Shown piece after piece: positions 1-10,905 of a stretch of DNA of 64,000 nt (position 1 is its first letter; each line of letters opens with the position of its first letter). The stretch lies in contig NC_092392.1 of NCBI RefSeq assembly GCF_030028105.1, positions 7,332,613 through 7,396,612 on the forward strand. Direction: 5' to 3'. A model generated the notes under the pieces. The model was not told the DNA's origin. It ran no database searches and saw only the letters and a list, made by a program, of their open reading frames with translations. A program made the position numbers and the translations under genes. Source of the DNA: Mobula birostris. Taxonomy: Eukaryota.

Positions 1-29
1 TTCATTGAGGGTAATCAACAGTATCTAAT

Positions 30-195
30 TAATCGTCATGTCTTTGGAATGTGAGAAACAGAAAACCTAGGAAAGTACTTGTGGTCATGGGGAGAATGTG
101 CCAGCTGCACACAGACAGCATCTGAGATTTGGATTGAACCCAGGTCTTTGGAGTTGTGAGATAGCATCAAATATTTTTGCACCATGGTGGCGCCC
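30..195 (-). mobile_element. Degenerate tRNA-derived SINE (V-SINE/HE1-like)
   Basis: The reverse strand has a B-box-like GGGTTCAATCC (gattgaaccc near 132-141). The body resembles the better-preserved SINE at 4550-4835. Confidence 0.6.
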
Positions 196-689
196 TAATA
201 AGAGGTTCCCTTGCTGCTGCATTACCATAGCAATTTAGGTCAACTTTCTTCAGTTAAAATCACTATCTCCTTTCTGCTAGGTTGTTCCAGCAGTAGGATC
301 CATACATGCACATGACTATCATCAAGGAATGTACATTTTCTCATGGCCAATTCAGATGTGTTTTTTGCAGAAGCTTTCATTGTTCTCTGCAGTTTTTATA
401 AATGTGTGGGCTGTTTGGGACGTGGTGACAGTGAAACAAGGCTTTCTCTTTGATGTTTTTTGAAGGGGTAGTCTTGTATTTCTTTAGCACTGTGCACAAC
501 CCCAGTATTTCCTACCATGTTTCAGAGTCAATGAAGTACTTTTACAGTAACATTAAAAATAAATGGTGTAGAAGTAGTCCTTTTGCCTCCTTCACTGCCA
601 CTCAATGAGATTATGACTGATGGTGTACCTCATCAGCACGTTCCTGGAAGGCATCATATCCCTTCATTCTGTTACTATTGAAGTATCAA

Positions 690-1470
690 ATCCCTGTCTT
701 GAATGTACAATAACTTTTCCTCTCCAGTCACCCTTCATTCTTTTGAACTCTGGTTTAGGCCCACCGTGGTTGATCTCTCTTTGTAAGACAGTCTTTCCTT
801 TCTGGAAGTTAGTGGTGAACCTTGACTGCACTTCCTCTATAGTAATCTGGGTAGGGAAACAGATCTATGAACAATATTTATGTTCCAACCCCAGTTGGGG
901 GGGCGGGGGGAGCTGTACAGTTGCAGTAAGACATCTTTAGTCCTTTATTCTAATCCCTTTGCAATAAGATCAACATGTCATTTGCTTTCTTGCTACTATA
1001 TCTGCATGTTAAACTTAGTGATTCTTGTTCATTGCTATCAAGCTCCTTCAGAACATCAAATTCTTTCAGGCTCCTGCTGCTTTAGAATTACTCTTTTTTT
1101 TCTGCCAAGATCCATAACTTTATTTTTTTCTCTGTTATATTCTTTTGTTATGTTCTCCATCTGTTCACTTGGAATGTTCATATTGCACTAAAGCCTTTCT
1201 CTTTATACATCACAACTCCCCAGCTTGTAATACTTGGTTTACTCATCCAAGTCTTTGATATAGTTGATGAAAACGGGGTTGAAACTAATTTCTTCAGCGC
1301 TCCATTAGCTGCAACCTTCCAATCTGGAAGTGGCTTATTTATTCCTACTGTTTTCTGCTTGTGAGCTGTTTTTCAATGCATGCTAGTGCATTATCCCAAT
1401 GGAAGAAAAATGTCACACTGTTTAATAACCACTTGTGTTGCAGATTATCCAAGGCTTTTTAAAAAGTCAT
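690..1470 (-). mobile_element. Ancient CR1 LINE fragment (RT to 3' region)
   Basis: Diverged similarity to the minus-strand CR1 at 53300-53990 (e.g. tccaagtctttgatatagttg, ttatccaaggctttttaaaaagtc). No intact ORF. Confidence 0.45.
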
Positions 1471-1579
1471 CTTTGTTGTGATTGTAAACCAAAATTGAGG
1501 GAGTTAGATTTTTGTGTGAGTTTCTCTTCGGTATCTTATGCTGCTAAAGCAAAGAACACTGAAAATGTTGGAAAATTTA

Positions 1580-2210
1580 CGAGGGGTGATTGATAAGTTC
1601 ATGGCCTAAGGTTGAAGTAGTAAATTTTAGAAAACCTAGCACATTTATTTTTAAACATAGTCCCCTCCTACATGTACACACTTAGTCCAGCAGTCGTGGA
1701 GCATACAGATCCCTTCTTTGTAGAAGTGGTCCACAGTGGGGGTGGGGGTGGGGGGGTGATTGATAACTTTGTGGCCTAAGGTAAAAGGGATGAGTTATTA
1801 GCTTAAAACTTTCTGCATTATCACTCAAAGAGTTGAACTGCACGTGCATGTAACGAGAGCATCTTGGACCTCCAGGTGGTCCACACAGGGGTGATTGATA
1901 AGTTTGTGGCCTAATGTAGAAGGAGATGAGTTATACAGCTCTCGTTACATGCACGTGCAGTTCAACTCTGGGTGAAAATGCAGAAAGTTTGAAGTTTCTC
2001 CTCATCTCCTTCTACTTTAGGCCATGAACATATCAATCACTCCTGCTGTGGACCACTTCTGGAGGTCCAGGCACCGACTTCTACAAAGAAGGGATCCGTA
2101 TGCTCCACAATAGCTGGACTAAGTGTGTAAATGTAGGAAAAATAAATGTGCTAGGTTTTCTAAAATTGACTCCTTCTGGCATAGGCCATGAACTTATCTA
2201 TCGCCCCTCG
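1580..2210. mobile_element. Mariner-derived non-autonomous element (MITE) with nested inverted repeats
   Basis: TIRs cgaggggtgattgataagttcatggcct / aggccatgaacttatctatcgcccctcg are flanked by TA (1578-79, 2211-12). 2079-2138 encodes FYKEGIRMLHNSWTKCVNVG, a mariner transposase C-terminus motif. Confidence 0.85.
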
Positions 2211-3496
2211 TATTAGAGCTGTTTTGTGGTGCTTTTCTGGTTTTTTTGAAAAAAAGGCAGATAGCTGGTACAATTTCTTTAATAATAAATGCAAGTTTTT
2301 TACTCTTAGAGGTAGCCATGAAATTGCTGCTGAGTGCTCCCATATCCATTTTCCTCCACAGCTGTAAGCAGTTATCATTATCTTTAGATTAGGACAGGTT
2401 TAGCTCTGTTATCCTCCTATGATTATTCAGAATCTATCACTTTACCTGCCCCTAAAAATCAAAAGCAGATTTTATTGTGCTAAAGTAGAAGAAAGTTTAT
2501 TACTTCCACTGACTTCTATTTGTACACTTGCTATGATGACCTTGACTGCAAAATGGAAAAAACTGGTAAGTTACATAACTTTACTTCAAAATGCTTGATG
2601 GCAACAGCATTTTATGTAAGTAACAAACCTTCAAGTATATTTGGATGTCAGTACAGGTGTAATGAGATGTATGTGGCTCAAAAGTATCCAAATGCTGCAT
2701 TTTGAGTTACATTACCTGAAATGCCTCAGTTGGATAAATGGCCACGAAATGATGTTCTCCTTTGAGATGTAAGCATTTGTTAGCTTGCACTGTCATATTA
2801 AAGCATATTTTTTTTGTAAGTTTTGTTAATTTGTGCTTTCATATTGAAAGGAGAAAAAAAATCAGTTGTTAAAGTCGTAGCTTTCAGAGCAGGCTTTATT
2901 TTAAAAAATGCAATCACTAGTTTAATTGTTGGAGACTTTCAGATTCATTGCATTTTCAGGTTGCCAAAGAAAATTGTGTCATTGGTTAGATTCACTCTTA
3001 AGAGGCATCTAATGAACTAGCACCTTGCTGGGTGAGAGAAGATTGTAGTGTTTCTTGTTAGCAGTGCACTTTAAAGCTGCACCTTTTGAAAGTAGAGAAA
3101 CTATTTATGAATTCTGCTAGGATGTAAATTGAGCTAATGTCAGTGGTGAATTGTATGTTATTTTGACAATGGCTAGAAATTACGTTGGTTAGTGGTATTT
3201 GAATTCTGTTGATAAGACATTGTGGCCTCATTTCCTCAGTTTGTAAAGCATATTTTTGCTTCATGGCAGACACTTTTTATATCATTATGAATGTAAATAT
3301 TTTATTGGTATTGTGATTTCTCAGAAACATAAATACAGTAAAATGTCATTAGGATAAATATTTGCAGCATCTCATGATCTCCCTAACTTAGTCAAATAAG
3401 GAAGGCAAGTGGGATTGTAATCTTTTGTGAAATAGCGTTACATGTTACTTTGCTAATGAGTACTAGTGACAGACCTTATCTTCAGATTATAAAAGG

Positions 3497-4046
3497 AACT
3501 TGGAGTACTGTATTCAGTTCTGGTCACCTCACTACAGGAAGGATGTGGATACTATAGAAAGAGTGCAGAGTTGATTTACAAAGATGTTGCCTGGATTGGA
3601 GAGTGTACCTTATGTGAATAGATTGAGTGAACTTGGCCTTTTCTGCTTGGTGCGACAGAGGATGAGAGGTGACCTGATAGAGGTGTATAAGATAATGAGA
3701 AGCATTGATCATGTGGATAGCCAGAGGTGTTTTCCCAGGGCTGAAATGGCTAACACTAGGGGGCATTGTTTTAAGGTGCTTTGAAATAGGTACGGGGGGA
3801 TGTCAGGGTTAAGTTTTTTACACAGAGCGGTGGGTACATGGAATGCACTACTGGTGACAGTGGTAGAGGCAGATACAATAAGGTTTTCTTAAAGACTCTT
3901 AGATACGTATATGGAGCTTAGAAAAATAGAGGGCTTTGTGGTAGGGAAATTCTAGGCAGCTTCTAGAGTAGGTTACCTAGTTGGCATAACATTGTGGGCC
4001 GAGCGGCCTGTAATGTGAGTAGATTCACTTGTTCGATGTTCTATGA
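3497..4046 (+). mobile_element. CR1 LINE 3' fragment
   Basis: Encodes LEYCIQFWSPHYRKD and RMRGDLIEVYKIM, typical of the CR1 ORF2 C-terminus. Ends in a gttctatg-type tail. Confidence 0.9.
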
Positions 4047-4164
4047 AAGCAGTTTAATGCTATTTCTCCATCATTCCCTTTTTAAGGAATAAGTAGTAAC
4101 TATAATATTCATAGAGATGTTTCATTGTTTACAACTGCATTTCATTTAGTGTTCACTGGAAGTA

Positions 4165-4250
4165 TTGGATCAGCCCATGATTGAATGGTGAAGCAGACTC
4201 AATGGGCTGAATGGCCTACTTCTGCTCCTATTTCTTATGATCTTATGGTC
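4165..4250 (+). mobile_element. CR1-type 3' tail fragment
   Basis: gggctgaatggcctacttctgctcct followed by a (tcttatga)-like repeat tail. Confidence 0.75.
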
Positions 4251-4480
4251 TAACACACACACAGTGCTGGAGAAACTGAGCAGGTCAGGCAGCATCCATG
4301 GAGTGGGATAAAGAGTCGACATTTCAGGCAGAGAACCTTGTTCAGGACTCTTGTTGAAGGTCTTGGCCCGAAATGCAGCCTCTTTATTCGTCTCCTTACA
4401 TGTCTTCTGATCTTCTGAGTTCCTCTAGCATTTTGTATGTGGTGTTCTGGATTTTCGGCATCTGCAGAATCTCTTGTGTT
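4251..4480. mobile_element. Fold-back mini-element derived from the Penelope terminal repeat
   Basis: Inverted arms (acacacagtgctggagaaactgagcagg ... tctgagttcctctagcattttgtatgtg) match the 3' end of the Penelope at 11510-11610. Degenerate hammerhead motifs lie at the centre (4314-4349 minus; about 4350-4381 plus). Confidence 0.75.
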
Positions 4481-4549
4481 CGTTTCTTTTAATAGTTCTG
4501 ACTTGCAAGAATCTGATTTCAAAATAAATAAAACTAATTTAACCAGGAT

Positions 4550-4835
4550 TTATTTATTTATTTATATTGAGATACTGTGTGGAACGTGTTCTTCTGGCCC
4601 TTAGAGCCATGCTGCCCATCGGTCTCCAATTTAATCTGAGCCTGATCATGGGACAATTTATAATGACCAATTAACTTGCTGACTGGTACGTTTTTGGATT
4701 GTGAGAGGAAACCAGAGAACCCGGAGAAAATCCACGTGGTCACAGGAAAACATACAAACTCCTTACACACAGCGGCAGGAATTGAACCCGAGTCACTGGT
4801 ACTTAAAACATTGTTGTAACCACTACACTACCGTG
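4550..4835 (-). mobile_element. tRNA-derived SINE (V-SINE-like)
   Basis: The minus strand starts cacggtagtgtagtggtta (A box), contains gggttcaattcc (B box) and ends in an (aaat)n tail. Confidence 0.8.
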
Positions 4836-5374
4836 AAAGAATTCCAGATTTGAGCAATTCTTAATGTATGTATTTCTTCTACACTAAATTCTCCTACTCT
4901 GATTTTAATGTTCTGTGTACTCTCTTGTGTCCAGTAGGTTCTCCCCCCCCACCTCTTGAACCAACTTCATTCAAAATGTGAAAGTAAAGTAATTGTCCTA
5001 AACTTCCTGTACTCTGGGGAATGCAAATGTAGTTAACCCAACGAATCCTAATAACTTAACCCTTGAAGATGTGTGCATTTCAGTCCTCAACAATGTGGAT
5101 CTTGTGTCAGATATTGGTTTCTACTGGGGCTCTCTTCGCTAAGGTGGTTGTAACCAAAGATGCATGCTCTGATGTATTCATTGCTATCATGTTCTGTGGT
5201 ATCAGGTGAAAAAGTACAATACAAGTGAGGTTATTGCCATCTGAATCTGTTGCATGCTTGCTTTTTGTTTGAAGGTTAAATTAATCTGAGACTTTGCAAA
5301 TCAAGGTGTTGATGAGAGAGGGAGGAATCTGAGAACTTTGTTCCTTATGTGTAAACAATAATTATTTTGTAATG

Positions 5375-5530
5375 AAAACCAAAAAATCAGCAAATAACCA
5401 GCAATTCAAGCAGTTTCTGTGGAGGGTGAACATTAAAAAAAAGCTGGAAATTGAACTGATGAGGGGCCTTCAACCTGAAATGTTAACTTTGCTTCTATTT
5501 CCTGAAATGATGCTGGGCTTGATGGAGTGT
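5375..5530. mobile_element. Degenerate Penelope-derived fold-back repeat
   Basis: Contains CTGATGA (5456-62) and GAAA (5477-80) followed by tgttaact, with flanks like the other copies. Confidence 0.55.
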
Positions 5531-5539
5531 TTCTTTATA

Positions 5540-7107
5540 CAGGTATTCCCCACTTTTCGAACGTTCGCTTTACGAAACCTCACTGTTACGAAAGACCTAC
5601 ATTAGTGCCCTGTTTTTGCTTTCAGAAGGTGTTTTCACTGTTACGAAAAAAAATTCAGCGCGCGAAAAAATCAGCACACGATAAAAGACAGAGCACGCCC
5701 CGAGCAGCCACTCTCCCCCAGATTGGGAACTGCATCTCGCTGGCATTGCTATAACACGTGCCTGTGAGCAGCTGTTTGCAAGATGAGTTCTATGGTATCG
5801 GAAAAGCCTGAAAGAGCTCGTAAGGGTGTTACACTTACGGTAAAACTAGACATAATTAAGCGTTTCGATCGTGGTGAACAAAGTAAGGACAACGTGAGTT
5901 TGGCTTGTGGAAGCTGACGAACATGATGTTGAAGAGGTTTTGGCATCCCATCACCAAGAACTGACAGATGAAGAGCTGATGCAATTGGAAGAAAAAAGGA
6001 TAACAATCGAAACTGAATGAGTAATGATAAAGTATGACTTTAATTTTGAAAGGGTACGCCGGTTTAGGAGATATTTGCAGGATGGTTTGAGTCCTTATTA
6101 AAGAACTGTGTGATAGAAAAATGCACGAGGCTCAGCAGTCAAGCGAGCCTTCCACATCAGCCACAGCAGACGACGAACCTCAACCTTCGACATTGAGGCG
6201 GGCAGTCATAGGAGAAGATGAGCTGCCTGCCCTGATCGACGATGAGATGACACCCCAGTGTCCCACCACCCCAACCCCCAGGCCCCGGACAGATACCGAT
6301 TCGCAGAAAATGCAACAGTAGCCGGGACGCACACAGCACATTTTTAAGCAAAAAGCCGAAATGATCATGCTAATTAATTAGGTGCCGCCTAGCACGTAAT
6401 TGTCGGTCCAGATCAGTGCCGATGCAATCGGCAATCACCTCTGACCTGCGCCGACATTTACGTGCTGGGCAGCACCTAGTTAATTAGCTTGTTTATTTCG
6501 GCTTTTTTCTTAAAAATGTGCTGTGTGCCTCCTGGCTACCCCTGCGTGCTTTGTGGCAATGTATCAGTTGGCGGCCCGGAGGGTGAGGGCCACTGCACCA
6601 CCCAGCCTGTGACGACTCAGTCTAACACACCATCATCAGTGCGTTCGATGTCTTCCCAATTCCGGTAAGTGATACTACACTGTACATACATATTTTCTAC
6701 TTTATATAGGCTGTGTATTTTTACGTGTTATTTGGTAGATTTGGCAGCTTCATAGTTTAAAGGTTACTGGAGAGCGTGTTTATGCCAACAGCGCATGCGT
6801 GAGATTTTCTGCTGAGAGCGCTTGCGTGAGATTTTCGCAACGGAGATCTGTGCAGGCAATCGTTGTAGAGAAGTATTTCTACTTTATATATGTGTATTTA
6901 TCATATCATTCCTGTTTTTACTATATGTTACTGTTATTTTAGTTTTTATGTGTTATTTGGCATGATTTGGTAGGTTATTTTAGGGTCTGCGAACGCTCAC
7001 AAAATTTTCCCATATAAGTAAATGGTAATTGCTTCTTCGCTTTACGACATTTCGGCTTACAAACCGTTTCATAGGAACCTCTACCTTTGGATGGCGGGGG
7101 AAACCTG
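5540..7107 (+). mobile_element. Internally deleted Tigger/pogo DNA transposon
   Basis: TIRs caggtattcccc ... gggggaaacctg with TA TSDs (5538-39, 7108-09). From 5783 it encodes MSSMVSEKPERARKGVTLTVKLDIIKRFDRGE (CENP-B/psq HTH), joined to a C-terminal DVEEVLASHHQELTDEELMQLEE segment. The DDE domain is missing. Confidence 0.85.
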
Positions 7108-7235
7108 TATCTGTGAAAGCTGACACCTATTGCCTGCAAACAACAGGAATTCTGCAGATGCTGGAAATTCAAGCAACACACATAAAAGTTGCTGGTGAAC
7201 GCAGCAGGCCAGGCAGCATCTCTAGGAAGAGGTGC

Positions 7236-7271
7236 AGTCGACGTTTCAGGCCGAGACCCTTTGTCAGGACT
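7236..7271 (-). ncRNA. Minimal type-I hammerhead ribozyme motif (core variant CTGACAA)
   Basis: Minus strand reads AGTC-CTGACAA-AGGGTCTCGGCCT-GAAA-CG-TC-GACT. The G8 position is mutated. Confidence 0.55.
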
Positions 7272-7304
7272 CACAGGCCAGGCAGCATCTCTAGGAAGAG
7301 GTGC

Positions 7305-7340
7305 AGTCGACGTTTCAGGCCGAGACCCTTCGTCAGGACC
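7305..7340 (-). ncRNA. Minimal type-I hammerhead ribozyme motif
   Basis: Minus strand reads GGTC-CTGACGA-AGGGTCTCGGCCT-GAAA-CG-TC-GACT, with an intact core. Confidence 0.75.
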
Positions 7341-9454
7341 TATTGCCTGTGCTGTAGCAACAATATTTTTGTATAAATAATGGGAAAGTTAATTGAATAA
7401 TTTTGATAGAGTAATTAAAATTGTTACCACTGGCTAAATTTGGTGACAGCAGAATTATTATTAAGAACCAAAAATAAGGAAAGGTAAAAATGTCTGTTGT
7501 TTTTAAAGTGTGCAAAGTGATTTGGACTTTCCTGTGATTGAAGCAGTTTTGTTTGTAACTTTGAAAAGATTTTCAATATAAAATTGAAAAAGAATATAAT
7601 TGTAAACACGAGGAATTCTGCGAAGGTTTGGAGAAAGGGGGATAGAATGGTGCTATTTAGTTTGCTGTTTATAGATTAGTGAGAGGTTTAATGAGCTGAT
7701 TTGCTTCCTGAACTGTAATTCAATGGTACATTGGTAACTAATGTCCATGTCTGATGGATAAATTCTTACATTTTCCCCTTGTACTTTCATGTCATTGGGT
7801 GCCTTGTATTCAGGTATTGGGGACCCTAGATGTGAAGTTTCCTCTAGTTTTTTCTACTATCATCCTTTAAAGATTCTACTCCTTTAACAAGCCTTTTGGT
7901 CATCTAGCCTGATAGCTTCATCTTTAACTCAGTAGCTATTTTCATCTAATTAATTTTCAGCAGTTTGTGTTTTTTGCTCAAATTCTAACATTTTTCCTCT
8001 CTTGTATCTCCATGTTATAAGTGGCATTATAATAGTAATATGGATAGGAGCATTACTGTGTATAGTTGTATCATGTCCTGATGGGAAGACTTCAAAAAGT
8101 GGAAAACCTTTAGTCACATTTAAAATTCTAAAATATTCTATAAATTTAGGCAGCATTGAGGCTATGTTCTAACCGATTGGTATGTAAGTATCTGTTGCAG
8201 TCCAACATTCTCAATCTGGAAAAAATTGGACAAATACAATTTTAAAAAAAGGTTTTGAGATTTTATTCTGGGATTCCAAATGGTGGACATCATAATCGAG
8301 CTTGGACCGATTGTTATGAATGATTTTTTGCTCTGTTTGAAACATCACTCAGGAATTATTTGTCATTCATTGTCAGCTGGTGACAAAAATGACAAAAGTT
8401 CAAGGAAGTGTGTTCCTGCTGACTTGCAAGTTGAAGGCTGATTTGTATAGTTACTTCCTTGGATTTCCTCCTAATGGGGGAATGAACAGGTACTGCATAG
8501 AATAGCAGATACTCATTCTGAAGTATTTTGGTCAAACAACATCAGTATATTCATTAAATCAGACTTTAACCTCCATTCTAAATCACTTATCCTGAACAAT
8601 GTCTTATTGCAGCTACATTTGTGGTGCCTTTGCCTACCAGTGCTTTTGCTGGCTATAAAAGCAGTGTGAATCCATTATTTTTGTCTCTGGAACTAATTTG
8701 CCAAGGATTTGAAATTTAACAATCAACAGTTGATTTCAGTTTCTATATACTGTTATAAATTATCTAGATCTGAAAGTGTGCTGGTATGGTGTACAAGAGA
8801 TGCAGACAAGAATTCATTGCAATCTGATGCCATTTAGTCTGATCACTGGATAGAAAGGCCTCCAACATTCCCAATGTAACAGAGCTCAGAAAAATAAATA
8901 CTGGACAGGTGAAATGGCTTTCATTGATTCCTGTTTTTTTTTCGGCTGGAGTTATTCACAGAGAGAACTGAAGTCACTTCCAATCTGCTGCTGAGGCAAG
9001 AAAAAAAACTGATGTTGATATTTTTTATGTTGAATGGTATCTGGAAAATTTGATCCATTTAAATGGCAATTTTTTTTTAAAAAAAGCATCAGCAAAAGAC
9101 ATTCCCAAATGAATAACACAGTTGCTGTTTTCTTCCAGGCTGAAAATGTGCCAGTTTATTTCTTATAGCTTATAATTCATCTGATGGCATCAAGGTCATT
9201 TGGCACCTGCACCTCTAAGCTTCAGTGTAGATGAGTTGGAATTTTTTTTTATTTTCAAAGTTGACCGAGTTGCTTACTAGTTCAAAGGAAGTGCATACTA
9301 GGAGTCCAGAATGAAGGAACTAAAGGCTTGGAATCTTTCTGAGTGCTACACACATCTTCTAGTTAACCGTGTATTGGATGTTTAGGTATTCATTTAACCA
9401 ATTCATAGTTTATTGGTAAAAATACTATTTTATTTCAAACAAATTATGTGAGAC

Positions 9455-9855
9455 ATGAGACAATAAATGCTGGAATCTGAAGCAAAATTCAGAGCTGCTG
9501 GAGGAACCTGCAGCAACTGTGGAGGTAAATGGTTAGTTGATATTCAGGGTTTAGATGCTTCGTCTGGACTGAACGAGGAGATGACCTGTAGGGGTGAGGA
9601 AGAGGAGTGGGTCAAGAGCTGGCAAGTAGTTGGTAGATCCAGTTTTTGGGGGGATGTGGTGCGGCTAATAGAAGTTGGAGGATAGGTGGAGGCAACAAAG
9701 GGCTGCAGATTATGGAATTTGATGAGAAAGAAGTGAATAGTGGTGGACAGCTGGGGAGGGGGTGATGGGGATCCTGTGGGAGCAGTGTCATTGATGGGCA
9801 GATGAAGAAGGTGAGGGAGGGGAAAGAAACTTGGTGATATACATTGGGAGTGGTG
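9455..9855 (-). mobile_element. Older Penelope-like 3'/terminal fragment
   Basis: aaatgctggaatctgaagcaa ... gcttcgtctggact followed by a purine-rich tract like that of the adjacent element. Confidence 0.55.
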
Positions 9856-9856
9856 G

Positions 9857-10582
9857 GCAACACACACAAAATGCTGGAGCAACTCAGCAGGCCAGGCAGC
9901 ATTTCTGGAAAAAGAGTACAGCCGATGTTTTGGGCTGATACACTTCGGCAGGGCTGGAGAAGTAAAGCTGAGATTAGATTTAAAAGGTGGACGGAGGGGA
10001 GAGGAGAGAGAAACATAAGCTGATAGGTGAACCCTGGAGGAGGGGAGGGGTGAAGTAAAGAGCTGGGAAGCTGATTGGTAAAAGAGATACAGGGCTGGAG
10101 AAGGAGGAGTCTGATAGAAGAGGGCTGAAGGAGTGGGTATATAGTAGGAGGGGACAGAAAGCCATGGAAGAAAGTAAAGGAGGAAGGAGCACCCGAGTGA
10201 GACGATGGGCAGGCAAGGAGATGAGATGAGAGAGCGAAAAGGGGATGGAGAATGGTGAGGGGTTGGGGCATTACTGGAAGTTCGAGAAAACGATGTTTAT
10301 GCCATTAGGTTGGAGGCTACCCAGATGGACTATAAGGTGTTGTTCCTCCAACCTAAGTGTGGCCTCATCACAACAGTGGAGGAGGCCATGGAGAGACACA
10401 TCAGAATAGGAATGGAATGTGGAATTAAAATGGGTGGCTACTGGGAGATCCCGCTTTTTCTGGTGGATGGAGCGTAGGTGCTCAGTGTTGCAGTCTCCCA
10501 ATCTATGTTCGGTCTCACCGATATATAAGAGGCCGCGCCAAACACAGTATATGACTGCAGCAGACTCACAGGTGAAGTGTTG
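9857..10582 (-). mobile_element. Penelope-like element, 3' part with GIY-YIG endonuclease remnant
   Basis: ORF 10271-10645 encodes VIYC..GLLYIGETEHRLGD..EHLRSI...PVATHFNS...RLEEQHLI..LGSLQPNGIN (GIY-YIG). It is followed by a pyrimidine-rich UTR and the terminal repeat. Confidence 0.9.
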
Positions 10583-10905
10583 ACTTTCCTTTCTTTTGCC
10601 TTCCTCCCTTCTTAAAGAGTGGAAAATAGCACTATAGCCCAGCAATGTAAGATGATCACTGGAAGCTCTGTAATGAAACTCAAAGAAACTTTCCTTTGTC
10701 CAAAACCCACAACCTTAGGAAATGCTTGAAGCGGTTAATACATTGAATAAAAGGACATTCAGAGAGAAGGGGGTAGTGTTTGACAGACAGATTTAGATGA
10801 TTAAATAGCGAGGTTTGAGTTGAGCATAAATACTACCAAGGATTGATGGCTAAAATGAACTTTGCCTGTGTTGTAAACCAATGTAAAAATATTACAGTGC
10901 ATGCT

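Larger units (their letters stand above)
7137..7340 (-). mobile_element. Short Penelope-derived retro-insertion with a tandem 69-bp unit, flanked by TSD
   Basis: Direct repeat acctattgcctg at 7125-7136 and 7338-7349. The internal period is 69 nt (7205 vs 7274). Nearly identical to the reverse complement of 11514-11610. Confidence 0.85.

Noticed and set aside
620-1191. Two ORFs of about 100 aa at the window start
   Set aside because: They overlap a decayed antisense CR1 and have no recognisable domain or splice structure.
1737-1757. G-quadruplex-like G-run
   Set aside because: It is a local slippage expansion of the gggg(t) start of the MITE module, with no evidence of function.
4760-4835. 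tRNA gene
   Set aside because: A and B boxes are present but I see no intact cloverleaf, and the segment is attached to a SINE body and tail.
9612-10271. 219-aa Pro/Ser/Leu-rich ORF on the minus strand
   Set aside because: It is the translation of the pyrimidine-rich Penelope 3' UTR and spans two separate elements, so it is a low-complexity artefact.
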